Part shown: in pieces, positions 1 to 10,167 of the stretch
Layout: each line of letters begins with the position of its first letter
Numbering within the stretch: the stretch's first letter is position 1
Assembly: GCA_965248925.1 (NCBI GenBank)
Contig: CBDFLE010000006.1
Span: 3,712,001-3,776,000 of the forward strand
Direction of reading: 5' to 3'
DNA length: 64,000 bases
Source of the DNA: Candidatus Multivoradales bacterium
GTDB taxonomy: Bacteria > Acidobacteriota > Thermoanaerobaculia > Multivoradales > J023
Notes under the pieces: generated by a model
The model's input: the letters and a program-made list of their open reading frames with translations, nothing else
What the model was told of the DNA's origin: nothing
The model's database searches: none
Made by a program: the position numbers and the translations under genes

Positions 1-101
1 CCCCGGAGGAGTACCTCAAACTCGATCGCAATCAGTTAGCCGCCAGGGTCCGGCAGCGAATCCTGGAGTTGATGCCCGCGTCGGGTGAGCCGGCTTCGTG
101 A
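1..101 (+). CDS. 3' end of a gene entering the window (possibly an acyltransferase C-terminus)
   Basis: Frame 3..101 reads PEEYLKLDRNQLAARVRQRILELMPASGEPAS*; too short to assign a function. Confidence 0.4.
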   Translation, partial: PEEYLKLDRNQLAARVRQRILELMPASGEPAS

Positions 102-360
102 TCGGCTAGTGCCGCGGTTCGCGCAGCAGGTGATCGTGCGCTGGAATCTCGGGCTTGGCGGCGGCGAGCCGCGGGAGGACGAGAGCTGCCGGCTCCACCG
201 GTCGTAGAGCTGGTAGCAGCCGTCGCAGTCGTTCATTTGGTGGCAAGCCAAGTCCCCCCACGAAGAAGCACTACGCGTCGGTCAGGGCCAGAGGTCCTGC
301 GCCTCGGCGACCATTCAGTCAGTTGGACGTCGAGTGGGTAGCGGCGCTATGCTTGCCGCG

Positions 361-1953
361 ATGAAGGAAGCTCAGCATCCCGACTACGACGTGGTGATCA
401 TCGGCGCCGCCTTTGCCGGCGCCACCCTGGCGACCTTGCTGCGCCGGTGGCGGCCTGAGACACGGGTGCTGCTGGTCGAGCGTGGTACCGCCTTCAAGCG
501 CAAAGTGGGCGAGGCGACGGTCGAGGTTTCGGGATTCTTTCTACACAAGATACTAGGGCTCTATGACCCGCTGTCGCGGGGCCATTTGCCCAAGCATGGA
601 CTGCGTTATTGGTTCGCCGATCGCCAGGGGCGGTCCCTGCCGGAGATGAGCGAGATCGGACCTCGCGACCTGCCGCCTCTGCCGGCCTTTCAGCTCGATC
701 GTCGGCAGGTCGATCAGATGTTGTTGGACACCGCGGTTGCGGAAGGTTGCGAGTTACTGCGCCCGGCGAAGGTTTTGGAGGTTGAACTCGGCTGGCCACA
801 AAGCCAGCTGACAGTCGAGGATGCCGTGGGTCGACGGCAGCTGAGTGCGCGCTGGGTGGTCGATGCTTCGGGCCGCTCGGCTTTCCTGTCGCGTCAGCTG
901 GGACTCTACGAGCGCTTCGACGAGCACCCCACGGCGGCTCTCTGGGGGCGCTGGCGGGGAGTGGCCGACCTCGACGGACCGGCGGTTCTTGGGCACGATC
1001 TAGGCCGGCCTCAGCTGCCCGATATTGGGGCATCCCGGCGCCTCGCCACCAATCACTTCATGGGCTACGGGTGGTGGTGCTGGGTGATTCCGTTGGCTTG
1101 CGGCGAGACCAGCATCGGCCTAGTCTACAACAAGGAGCTTTTCGAGCCGCCGGGTGATGGCGGTAAACAGCAGCGCTATGAGAGCTTTCTGAAGTCCCAT
1201 CCGGGGCTGGCGCAGTTGCTCGCTGAAGCAGAATTGGTCGAGGGTGACTTCAGTGCCTACCACCGTTTGCCCTATCGGTCGCGAAGATACATGGATCGCG
1301 GTTGGGCGTTGGTGGGAGATGCTGGGGCGTTCATCGATCCTTACTACAGTCCGGGGCTCGATCACCTGGCGGTGTCGGTCTACGCCACCGCCAAATTGCT
1401 CACTAGCGAACTGGGGGGTGAGCTGGTTGCTAGCGGCGAACTCGAGGGTCGGATCGAACATCACAACGGCAAGTTCGAGCGCTCCTTCCGTCGGTGGTAC
1501 GAAGCTCTCTACGAAGGCAAATACGAGTTGATGGGCGATGCTGAACTCACCGCCTGCGCCTTCTTGGTAGATACCGCGCTCTACTATCTAGGCATTGTCA
1601 ACCAGGTGCACGGCGACCTTGGCGAGTTGGAAAACCCGGCCTTTGGCGCGCCAGGGCCAGCGACGGCGGCGGCGCATCGTTCGCTGCGTTTCTTCAATCG
1701 CCGGCTCAATCGACTGGCGCGCTTTCGGCGTCGGGTGGGGATCTACGGTCGGCGCAATGCCGGCTGGCGCTGCTTGACCAAATCGCCTGGCTTGGGCGTC
1801 GCCTCGGTGCCGATGCTGCGCCAAGGGCTGAGTCTTTGGCTGCGTTTGGAACTCGGCTACTTTGGTTACCGGCTGCTGCATTGGCGCCGCTTGGAACTCT
1901 CCGAACCAGTGCCGAGCCGGCCCCTGAGCGGCCAGGTCAATTCACCTGCTTGA
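361..1953 (+). CDS. FAD-dependent oxidoreductase, flavin-dependent halogenase-like
   Basis: N-terminal DVVIIGAAFAG Rossmann motif, KVGEAT, DASGR, WWCWVIP (WxWxIP) and LVGDAGAFIDPYYSPG motifs; start placed at ATG 361, 7 nt after TATGCT. Confidence 0.8.
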   Translation: MKEAQHPDYDVVIIGAAFAGATLATLLRRWRPETRVLLVERGTAFKRKVGEATVEVSGFFLHKILGLYDPLSRGHLPKHGLRYWFADRQGRSLPEMSEIGPRDLPPLPAFQLDRRQVDQMLLDTAVAEGCELLRPAKVLEVELGWPQSQLTVEDAVGRRQLSARWVVDASGRSAFLSRQLGLYERFDEHPTAALWGRWRGVADLDGPAVLGHDLGRPQLPDIGASRRLATNHFMGYGWWCWVIPLACGETSIGLVYNKELFEPPGDGGKQQRYESFLKSHPGLAQLLAEAELVEGDFSAYHRLPYRSRRYMDRGWALVGDAGAFIDPYYSPGLDHLAVSVYATAKLLTSELGGELVASGELEGRIEHHNGKFERSFRRWYEALYEGKYELMGDAELTACAFLVDTALYYLGIVNQVHGDLGELENPAFGAPGPATAAAHRSLRFFNRRLNRLARFRRRVGIYGRRNAGWRCLTKSPGLGVASVPMLRQGLSLWLRLELGYFGYRLLHWRRLELSEPVPSRPLSGQVNSPA

Positions 1954-2072
1954 GCCACCTCAGTCTTCATATGGTGCCTGGCACCTCTGTAGCAGCCAGG
2001 TCAATTCACCCGCTTGAGCCACCTCAGTCTTCATAAGGTGCCTGGCACCTCTGTAGCAGCACCTCTGTAGCA
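1931..2072. repeat. Tandem 64-bp repeat (2 copies plus a 14-bp partial) with REP-like palindrome GGTGCC-T-GGCACC
   Basis: 1931-1994 and 1995-2058 differ at 2 positions; gcacctctgtagca recurs at 2059-2072; palindromes at 1973-1985 and 2037-2049; lies between convergent genes. Confidence 0.9.
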
Positions 2073-2133
2073 GGGCTGAACGGCTTTGGACCTCTAGCCG
2101 ATGAAGGCAGAGGCCCCAGCTGCTGGTCAGGTC

Positions 2134-4218
2134 TCAGTGTTCTTCCTTGGCCCGTTGTGCTTCAGCGATGATCTTCTGCTGAATCTGCTTCGGCACTTCG
2201 TCGTAGTGTGAGAATTCCATGGTGAAGCGTGAACGCCCCTGGGTGATTGAGCGCAGCGCCTGTGAGTAGTCGAGCATCTCGGCCATGGGTATGGTGGCCT
2301 TGATAATCTGCTTGGCACCTTCGGTATCCATGCCCAGAGGGCGCCCACGACGTTGGGAGAGGTCGCCCATAATGTCACCCATGAACTCGTCAGTAGTGCG
2401 GATTTCGACCGACATGATTGGCTCGAGCAGGGTCGGCATGGCTCTCGACATCGCGTCCTTGAAGGCTAGGGAGCCCGCCACCTTGAAGGCCATCTCTGAG
2501 GAATCGACATCGTGGTACTGGCCGTCTAGCAAGCTAACCTTGAATCCCGCCACCGGGAAGCCGGCCAGGTAGCCGCGGGCGCGGGCTTCGTGAATGCCCT
2601 TCTCGACCGCCGGGCGGAAACTCTGCGGGATCGAGCCGCCAAAAATCTCGTCGGCCCATTCGAATTCTTCGCCGTTGGTCAGCGGTTCCATTTTGATCTT
2701 GCAATCACCGAACTGGCCACGGCCGCCGCTCTGCTTCTTATGCCGGCCATGGCCATCAGCGGCACGCTTGATGGTCTCGCGGTAGGGCACCTTCGGCGGG
2801 TGCAAGATGACCTCAACTTTGTAGCGACTGGCTAGCTTGGCGACGGCAATCTCAACGTGCAGCTGACCACTGCCGGAGAGCAAGACCTCGCCGGTGCGGG
2901 CGTCACGACTGGTGGTCAGGCCGAGGTCTTCGTCCATCAGTCGATGTAGAGCATCGCTAATCTTTTCCTCGTCGCCCTTGCTCTTGGGCTCGATGGCGTA
3001 GGACACGGCGGCTGGCCGAATTTCGATCCAGCCCAGCTTGACCGGTTTGTCCTTGCCGCACAGGGTGTCGCCGCTGGCGCTGTGCTTGAGCTTGGCGATG
3101 GCGCCGATGTCGCCAGCGATCAGCTTGGCGGTGGGGGTACCCACCTTGCCCTGAAGATCTTGTAGTTGGCCTATCTTCTCAGTCTCTTCGGCCCGGCTGT
3201 TGTAGACCACAGAATCAGAGGTTAACTCGCCGCTGATCACTCGCAGCAAAGTGATCTTGCCGGAGAAGGGATCGTTGATGGTCTTGAAAACCAAGGCGGC
3301 GGTAGGGCTATCAGCAGCCGTGCTCTGCTCGATCTCGTCGCCGCCGACGTTGGTAGCCGGGTAGGTGCCCCGGTCGGTGGGGGAGGGCAGATAGGCGAGC
3401 ACGGTGTCTAGTAGGGCGGAACTGCCGATGCCGTGCAGCGCGGCGCCGAGGGTCAGGGGGAAAATGCGGCGCTTCAAGATCGCCTTGCGTAGCCCGGCGG
3501 TGAGCTGTTCTTGGGTCAGCTTGCCAGCCTCGAAATAAGCGTCGAGGAGGGCTTCGTCGGTCTCCGCGATCGCTTCCATGAGCTGGTTGCGGGCTTCTTC
3601 GACAGCCTCGGTGAGGTCGCTGGGGATGGCTTCTTCAGCTCCTTTACCGTCGCCGTCCGTGGCGAAGCGATAGGCTTTCTGGGTCACCAGATCGACAACA
3701 CCGGCGAAGTTCTCTTCCTTGCCGATCGGAATCTGCAGCGGCACGATGGCTCGGTCGAGGTTGCTGCGGAGGTTTTCCAGCGTCTTGCTGAAGTCGGCGT
3801 TCTCGCGGTCCATTTTGTTGAGGTGAAGGGCGGTCGGCTGGTTGATCTGGGCCGAGAAGTTCCAGATCCGTTCGGTCATCACTTCGACGCCGCCGACCGC
3901 GTTGATCAGCAGCAGGGTAGTGTCGGCGGCGCGGATTCCAGCGCGAATCTCGACCCCGAAGATGCCGGAGCCGGGAGTGTCGATCAGATTGACCTTGTGC
4001 TTCTGCCAGGGCGCGAAGCAGGTGCTGAGACTGATCGACATGCCGCGCTCGATTTCTTCGCTGTCGAAATCGGTGGTGGTGCTGCCATCTTCGACTCGGT
4101 TCAGCCGATTGGCCACCCCAGAAGTGTAGAGCAACGCGCTGGCGAGAGTGGTTTTGCCCGTATCGCCGTGTCCAGCGAGAGCCAAGTTGCGAATCTGTCC
4201 CGGACTATCGACCTGCAT
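2134..4218 (-). CDS. fusA: Elongation factor G paralogue (EF-G2-like)
   Basis: IRNLALAGHGDTGKTT, DTPG, NKMD, PKVPYRETI, HKKQSGGRGQFG, YHDVDSSEMAF; not in an str operon; divergent G1 motif. Confidence 0.92.
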   Translation of the reverse strand: MQVDSPGQIRNLALAGHGDTGKTTLASALLYTSGVANRLNRVEDGSTTTDFDSEEIERGMSISLSTCFAPWQKHKVNLIDTPGSGIFGVEIRAGIRAADTTLLLINAVGGVEVMTERIWNFSAQINQPTALHLNKMDRENADFSKTLENLRSNLDRAIVPLQIPIGKEENFAGVVDLVTQKAYRFATDGDGKGAEEAIPSDLTEAVEEARNQLMEAIAETDEALLDAYFEAGKLTQEQLTAGLRKAILKRRIFPLTLGAALHGIGSSALLDTVLAYLPSPTDRGTYPATNVGGDEIEQSTAADSPTAALVFKTINDPFSGKITLLRVISGELTSDSVVYNSRAEETEKIGQLQDLQGKVGTPTAKLIAGDIGAIAKLKHSASGDTLCGKDKPVKLGWIEIRPAAVSYAIEPKSKGDEEKISDALHRLMDEDLGLTTSRDARTGEVLLSGSGQLHVEIAVAKLASRYKVEVILHPPKVPYRETIKRAADGHGRHKKQSGGRGQFGDCKIKMEPLTNGEEFEWADEIFGGSIPQSFRPAVEKGIHEARARGYLAGFPVAGFKVSLLDGQYHDVDSSEMAFKVAGSLAFKDAMSRAMPTLLEPIMSVEIRTTDEFMGDIMGDLSQRRGRPLGMDTEGAKQIIKATIPMAEMLDYSQALRSITQGRSRFTMEFSHYDEVPKQIQQKIIAEAQRAKEEH

Positions 4219-4441
4219 TTGAACTCCTCGAGAGTTTTAAAGACTGGATAGAGGGAGGGAGAATATAACACCGAAGACCCCTTGTGGGCAGATGCCCTGT
4301 GCTAGCTATCTACGAGCCCGGTCCGCGGTCCTTTCGACGCCGCGCGAGGAGCTGTCGGCGATAGTTTTTAGGGTGGTTTGACTCGCCCTCGGCAAGGCCC
4401 TAGAATCACATCCCCTTCCCCCAACTACCTCATCGACAAAT

Positions 4442-6421
4442 ATGACCCCCGAAAAGCTAGGCCGCTACGAGATTCTAGGCGAGCTTGGCAAAGGTGCCAT
4501 GGGGGTGGTGTTCTTGGCCCGCGACCCGATCATCGGGCGCGAGGTGGCGCTCAAGACCTTCCACATTGGCTTTTCGGCCAAAGACAAGGAATTGGACCAG
4601 TTCCGGGCTCGCTTCCTGCGCGAGGCGCAGAGTGCTGGCATTCTGAACCACCCCAATATCGTCACCATTCACGATGTGGTGGAGGACGAGCGCGGCGCGT
4701 TCTTCATCGCCATGGAGTACGTCAAGGGTACCGACCTCAAGCAGCTCATCCAGCGTCGTACCCGCTTGGACCTGCGCTTCGTCGTCGAGTTGGTGGCCCA
4801 GGTGGCCGACGGGCTTGCCTATGCCCACCAAAAAGGCGTCGTCCACCGCGACATCAAGCCAGCAAACGTCATCATCACGGCCGACAAGCAAGCCAAGATC
4901 ACCGATTTTGGCATCGCGCGGATGGAGACCTCCAATCTCACCATGGAAGGGCAGCTCCTGGGTACGCCGAACTACATGGCGCCAGAGCAGATTCGCGGCA
5001 AGGAAGTCGATCACCGGGCGGACTTGTTCTCTCTCGGGGTGATGCTCTATGAGCTACTGACTGGGCGCAAGCCGTTTCACGGTGAGAATCTCACGGTGGT
5101 TACCCACCGCATTGTCTACGATGCCTTCACCCCGCCGGCGGAGCTGGTCCCGAACCTGCCGCCAGGGTTGCAGGAGGTGCTGGAGAAGGCACTGCAGAAA
5201 GCACCCGGAGAACGCTACCAACGGGGCGCGGACTTGGCTCGCGAGCTACGAGCGGCGCTTGAGCCAGTGCGGGCGGTGCGGCCGGCGGGAGCCTCCGGCG
5301 GATCGTTTCTTACCGACACCTCGACAGGGCGGTCGGTGTTGCCCGCGGCAGCTAGCGAAGAGGGCGCCCCGGCCGCGGCAGCGCCCAACGGCCAGGCTAC
5401 CGGGGCTACTTTTGCGGCACCCCCGCCAGCTGCCGTTGGCCCCTCTCCTCCGCCTCCGCCGTCTGTCACAGCCACCCCTCCGGCCGGTTGGGGTGAGCGG
5501 CTCGGCAAGCCTCCGCTTTGGCGCCTCGTGACCGTGGCGCTGCTAGCTCTGGCTCTTCCTCTGCTGCTCGGCCGCTTGGCGTTTGGCCGCTTTGATCAAG
5601 AGACCACCGTTGAGCAACCTCGGCTGGGCTACGAAGAACAACTACGTTACTTGCCGGACTTGAAGCGCGGGCAGGCACTGCTGGCTGAAGATCGTCCCGG
5701 TGAGGCTCTGGAAGCGATCGAGCGGGCCCTCGCCATCGCTCCGGCCGATCGTCATCTGCAGCAGCTTCGTGGGCGTGCCGAGCGTGAACTTCTAGACCTC
5801 GAAGGAAGCGACTACGAACTGGCGCTGATCAGCAGGCGGTTGGCCGCCGCGGAGGCCGCGCTCAATGCCCGGCGCTATCGCGAGGCCTCTTTACTGGCTA
5901 CCGAGATTCTGGAAATCGATCCTGATCATCAGCCGGCGAAAGCTCTGCAGAGCCAGGCCAACGACGGGTTGGAGCGCCGCCGACGAGCGCAGGTTCGGCT
6001 CAGTGGAGGCAGGGATCGGCTGGCGACCGAGGGGGCAGGCACGGCGCAGCGGGTACAGCCGTCGCCCGCCGTCACCGCGTCGTCAGTGGTTGGCACCGCG
6101 CAAGTCGAGGTGCGCTTCCACAGCGACATCTCGGAGGGAATCCTGACGATCTACGCTGGCAAGCGGACCGTGCTCAAGAATCAGTTTCGCTATGTCGAGA
6201 AGCGGGGCCTTTTACGCAACCGCAAGACTTCCGGCGGCTTCAGCGAGACCCTGACACTGCAGTCCGGGCCATTCAAGCTCAACGTCTACGCTTGGCGTAA
6301 GGTGGGCAAAGAGACCTCCACCGAGGTGACCGAGGTCCGCGGCGAACTCGCCGAGGGGGCCTCCGCGGTGCTGAATCTGAAGTTGACTAAAGCTGGCGAT
6401 CTCGAAGCCCGCTTGGATTAG
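4442..6421 (+). CDS. Hanks-type Ser/Thr protein kinase with TM and TPR-like C-terminal region
   Basis: LGKGAMG, VALK, HRDIKPAN, DFG, GTPNYMAPE; Pro-rich linker followed by a hydrophobic helix. Confidence 0.92.
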   Translation: MTPEKLGRYEILGELGKGAMGVVFLARDPIIGREVALKTFHIGFSAKDKELDQFRARFLREAQSAGILNHPNIVTIHDVVEDERGAFFIAMEYVKGTDLKQLIQRRTRLDLRFVVELVAQVADGLAYAHQKGVVHRDIKPANVIITADKQAKITDFGIARMETSNLTMEGQLLGTPNYMAPEQIRGKEVDHRADLFSLGVMLYELLTGRKPFHGENLTVVTHRIVYDAFTPPAELVPNLPPGLQEVLEKALQKAPGERYQRGADLARELRAALEPVRAVRPAGASGGSFLTDTSTGRSVLPAAASEEGAPAAAAPNGQATGATFAAPPPAAVGPSPPPPPSVTATPPAGWGERLGKPPLWRLVTVALLALALPLLLGRLAFGRFDQETTVEQPRLGYEEQLRYLPDLKRGQALLAEDRPGEALEAIERALAIAPADRHLQQLRGRAERELLDLEGSDYELALISRRLAAAEAALNARRYREASLLATEILEIDPDHQPAKALQSQANDGLERRRRAQVRLSGGRDRLATEGAGTAQRVQPSPAVTASSVVGTAQVEVRFHSDISEGILTIYAGKRTVLKNQFRYVEKRGLLRNRKTSGGFSETLTLQSGPFKLNVYAWRKVGKETSTEVTEVRGELAEGASAVLNLKLTKAGDLEARLD

Positions 6422-6424
6422 TCG

Positions 6425-7774
6425 TCACGGATGCCAAACTTCTACCGCGCCGAAGCGCTCGAGTTGCGGCTGCAATTCCGTCGCCGGGCCGACGGCGACC
6501 ACCGTCATGGTCGCGGGATCGAGAAAGTCACGGGCTGCGGCTAACACCTCTTCGCGGCTGATTCCGAGCAGCGCCTGAGGATAGTCGCGGTAGTAAGTGT
6601 CAGGAAGTTCATAGAGCACCAGATCTTCTAGCCTCTTGGCTAGATCGCCGAGGTTCTGCAGCGTGTAGGGCAGCACCCCGGCAAGGTAGTCGCGAGTCTC
6701 GTCGAGTTCTTCCTGCGTGACTTTTTCGCTGCGAATACGCTCGACCTCGCCGAGAAGCTCGCCGATCGCGGCGCCGGCAGACTCACTGGCCACCGAGGTG
6801 CGCATGACAAAGGGTCCCGGACCGCGGCGCAGGGCGAAACCGCTCTGGGCGCTGTAGGTAAAGCCGTGTTTCTCGCGCAGGTTGAGGTTGATCCGGCTGG
6901 TGAACTTGCCGCCCAGGATGGTGTTCATCACCCGCCGAGGGATGTAGCCCGGATGCTGGCGCGGCACCCCGACTTGGCCGATTTGCAGCTGCGTCTGGGA
7001 GGCTCCCGGCAGGTCCACCAGATGCACTGTACGCCGCGCGGCGGGCGGCTCGATCGCCGGGGGTTCGGCGAACGGCGCTCCCGACCAGTCGCCGAAGGCC
7101 TGCTCGGCCCACCGCAGCAGGGTCGCCGGATCGAGATCGCCGATCGCTAGCAAGGTGGAGCCTGCGGCGCCGATATGGCGACGGTAGAAGGCGCTGACGT
7201 CGTCGCACCCGATCTTCTTCAGACCCTCGGTGGTGCCGAAAAGGGGGTGATCGTAGACCGATCCTGCGTACAATGCGCGGCAGAAGTAAACCTCCGCCAG
7301 GGAGCGAGGCTGTACCCGTCGGCGTTGCACTTCGGTCAAACGACGTTGCCGGATGCGTTCGACTTCCCGCGGCTCGAAGCGCGGACTGCACAGCACCTCG
7401 GCCACCATCTCCAGGCCCTCCGAGAGGTTCTCTGAGAGCAAGTCCACCGCGGCGAAGGTGAGATGCCAATCGGCGCCGGTCGACAAGCTGCCGCCAAGGC
7501 GTTCGATGCTGTCGGCCAGCTCCATGGCATTGCGTTTTTTCGTGCCTTCGCCGAGCAAAGCTCCGTGCAGGCTGGCCAGGCCCGGCTGATCCGCCGGATC
7601 GAGATTGCCGCCGCCGGGAACCAAGAGTTCGAGGGTCACCAAGGGCACCTTGGCTCGGCGTAGGGCGAGTACTTCGAGTCCGTTGGCTAGGCGGGTGCGC
7701 TCGAAAGAGGGGAAGTCGAAAGTTCCCAGAGCTGCCGCTAGCGGTGCGCGGGTGCGGTCGACGGGGGAGTTCAT
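6425..7774 (-). CDS. M16B peptidase, non-catalytic subunit
   Basis: LANGL start, ILGGKFTSRINLNLREKHGFTYS; HxxEH absent. Confidence 0.88.
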   Translation of the reverse strand: MNSPVDRTRAPLAAALGTFDFPSFERTRLANGLEVLALRRAKVPLVTLELLVPGGGNLDPADQPGLASLHGALLGEGTKKRNAMELADSIERLGGSLSTGADWHLTFAAVDLLSENLSEGLEMVAEVLCSPRFEPREVERIRQRRLTEVQRRRVQPRSLAEVYFCRALYAGSVYDHPLFGTTEGLKKIGCDDVSAFYRRHIGAAGSTLLAIGDLDPATLLRWAEQAFGDWSGAPFAEPPAIEPPAARRTVHLVDLPGASQTQLQIGQVGVPRQHPGYIPRRVMNTILGGKFTSRINLNLREKHGFTYSAQSGFALRRGPGPFVMRTSVASESAGAAIGELLGEVERIRSEKVTQEELDETRDYLAGVLPYTLQNLGDLAKRLEDLVLYELPDTYYRDYPQALLGISREEVLAAARDFLDPATMTVVAVGPATELQPQLERFGAVEVWHP

Positions 7775-9087
7775 CGCTGGATCTCCACCTTGCCCGCCGC
7801 GGCGCTGGCGGCGGCCGCTTCCGGCACGATAGTCAAGACCGCTCGCTGGTCGGCGTGCAGGTACTCGGCGGCGTAGTTGCGCAGGGCCTCGGCGTCGATC
7901 GCTCGGTAGCGGTTGACCTCCTCGGCGACTCGCTGGGGGGCATCGAAGTAGGTGGTGAACATCGACAACAGGTCGGCGACTCGCTCTAGGCTCTGCAGCT
8001 GATGAAAATGTTGAGTCAGCAGTTGTCGCTGAGCGCGCTCGATCTCGGCGGCTGGCGGGGGTGAGCTAGCCGCGGCCGCCAAATGCTCTCCGAGGGCTTG
8101 TTCCAGCTGCTCGGGTTCGACCCCAGGCCGGCAGGTGGCCACGGTGTAGAAGGGAGCGGCCATCTCGGTGGAAAGAACAAAGCACCCTACTTCCTGCGCC
8201 AGCTGCCGGTCATAGACCAGGTCGGCATAGAGAGCGCTCGATTTGCCGCCAGAGAGCACCGTTGCCAGCAGGTCGGCGGTGTACCAGCTGTCGCTGCCGA
8301 AACCTGGTCCATGACTGGCCAGATAGACCCGCGGTAGCTCGACCCGGTCGCTCAACACCGCCCGCTGCTGCGTTTCGAGCAGGACTGGAGCTGGCTCGGG
8401 CTGCCGCGTCTTGGGACCTGGTTCGAGGTCTCCAAACCAGGCTTCCACTCTCTCGAAGGCGAGGTCGAAGTCGATGTCGCCAGCCACCGTCAGCACGGCG
8501 TTCTGCGGCACGTAGTGAGCGCTGAAGAAATCGCTGACGTCGTTCAAGGTAGCGGCTTCGATGTCGTCGACATAGCCGATCACCGGCCAGCGATAAGGGT
8601 GACCTGGCGGATAGAGCAGCTCATGCAGGCCCTCGAAAGCACCGCCGTAGGGCTGATTGTCGATCCGCTGGCGGCGCTCGTTGATCACCACATCGCGTTG
8701 ATTGTCGAGTTTCTCCTGAGTAATCGCGGGTAAGAAAAAGCCCATGCGATCGGACTCCAGCCACAGGGCCAAGTCGAGAAAGTGACTCGGAAGCACCTCG
8801 TAATAGGCGGTGCGGTCGTACCAGGTCGAGCCATTGCCGATACCGCCGGCTTGCTGGATCAGCCGGAAGTGATCGTTGGTGTCGACATGCTGGCTGCCCT
8901 GAAAGAGCAGATGCTCGAACAGGTGAGCAAATCCGGTGCGGCCCGGACGCTCGTTCTTTGAACCGACGTGATACCAGAGATTGACCGCCACCAGCGGTAG
9001 GCTCGAATCTCGGTTAAGCACGATCTCGAGACCGTTGTCCAATCGTCGTCGTCGCAAGTTCAGCTCGAAAGTGGGCATGGCGTGCAT
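7771..9087 (-). CDS. M16B (pitrilysin family) zinc peptidase, catalytic subunit
   Basis: WYHVGSKNE...GFAHLFEHLLF (HxxEH); overlaps the next gene by 4 nt. Confidence 0.93.
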   Translation of the reverse strand: MHAMPTFELNLRRRRLDNGLEIVLNRDSSLPLVAVNLWYHVGSKNERPGRTGFAHLFEHLLFQGSQHVDTNDHFRLIQQAGGIGNGSTWYDRTAYYEVLPSHFLDLALWLESDRMGFFLPAITQEKLDNQRDVVINERRQRIDNQPYGGAFEGLHELLYPPGHPYRWPVIGYVDDIEAATLNDVSDFFSAHYVPQNAVLTVAGDIDFDLAFERVEAWFGDLEPGPKTRQPEPAPVLLETQQRAVLSDRVELPRVYLASHGPGFGSDSWYTADLLATVLSGGKSSALYADLVYDRQLAQEVGCFVLSTEMAAPFYTVATCRPGVEPEQLEQALGEHLAAAASSPPPAAEIERAQRQLLTQHFHQLQSLERVADLLSMFTTYFDAPQRVAEEVNRYRAIDAEALRNYAAEYLHADQRAVLTIVPEAAAASAAAGKVEIQR

Positions 9088-9215
9088 GGAAATCGGGCTC
9101 GGTTGGTGGTTGGAAGGCTGTGGGTAGAAGTACCTGGAGAGTGTAGGGAGGTGGTTCGGCGAGTGTCAAGCAGCGCGCTGGGCAGCGGGCGGGAGCCGAC
9201 TATTCTCGGCGGGGC

Positions 9216-9245
9216 TTGCATTTACGCCCAAGTTGCGCCTATACT
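9216..9245 (+). promoter_or_regulatory. sigma70-type promoter of lexA, probably leaderless
   Basis: TTGCAT(9216-9221)-18 nt-TATACT(9240-9245); ATG 6 nt downstream; no SD. Confidence 0.6.
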
Positions 9246-9251
9246 CCCAGC

Positions 9252-9929
9252 ATGTCGACTTCGAGTAGTGATTCCGAGACTGGTGTCGCCAAGCCTGGTG
9301 CTCCCAAGAAGCCCACCTATCTGACCCGCCGGCAGAAGGAGATTCTCGAGTTTATCGCTGAATTTCGGCGCCAGGAGGGCATTTCACCCACCCACCGAGA
9401 GATTCGCGAGCAGTTCGGCTACTCCTCTTACGGCACGGTGCACAAGCATCTCAAGTTGCTGCAAGAGAAGGGCTATCTGCGCCGTGATTGGAATCAAAAG
9501 CGCGGCATGGAGTTGGTGCGGGCGGTACCTGGAATCATCACCGATGTCGAAGCGGAGATTCCCTTCCTTGGCCTGATTGCCGCCGGTCAGCCGATCGAGG
9601 CGCTGCCGGGCAATGAGACCTTGGCGGTTCCCAATCATCTCTTCACCGGTCGGACCGACGATCACTATGTGCTCAAGGTAGTGGGCGAGTCGATGATCGA
9701 CGAGGGTATTCACGATGGTGATTTCGTGGTTGTTCTGCGCCGCGAGCGAGCCACTCCGGGGGAGATGGTGGTCGCCCTGATCGGCACGGACGCTACTTTG
9801 AAGCGCTTCTTCATCGAGGGCGATCGGGTGCGTTTGCAGCCCGCCAACCCCAACATGCAGCCGATTTGGGTGCCGGCCGACCAGGTGCGGATCCAAGGGG
9901 TTGTAGTGGGCCTGATGCGCAAGTATTGA
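9252..9929 (+). CDS. lexA: SOS repressor LexA
   Basis: LTRRQKEIL wHTH, IAAG cleavage site, GESM (Ser) and TLKR (Lys) catalytic motifs. Confidence 0.95.
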   Translation: MSTSSSDSETGVAKPGAPKKPTYLTRRQKEILEFIAEFRRQEGISPTHREIREQFGYSSYGTVHKHLKLLQEKGYLRRDWNQKRGMELVRAVPGIITDVEAEIPFLGLIAAGQPIEALPGNETLAVPNHLFTGRTDDHYVLKVVGESMIDEGIHDGDFVVVLRRERATPGEMVVALIGTDATLKRFFIEGDRVRLQPANPNMQPIWVPADQVRIQGVVVGLMRKY

Positions 9930-10167
9930 TCGCCGGCTAATTGCTGTTAGCCAGTGGTTGCCGAGACTAGCCACTATTGCCGAGGCCGGAGAGCCAGCTA
10001 TCGGGTGAGAATGCCGCTCGTATTTGGGCGGCGTTTCTTTTTCGGGTTAGACTCCGGGCAACCGCCCAGGCATCCCGCCGAACCGAGAAGAGTACCGACC
10101 CGTCGTCGCGAGTGCGTTTGTTTGTCGGTGATATGGGTGCAAGCTGGGCGGTTGCGAGAGGATCTTC

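Noticed and set aside
36-364. Short ORFs 36-251(-) and 155-364(+), and the many antisense ORFs throughout
   Set aside because: Arg/Pro/Ser-rich shadow frames typical of high-GC DNA, with no motifs or SD.
1931-2072. CRISPR array
   Set aside because: Only two near-identical units, no unique spacers, no cas genes.
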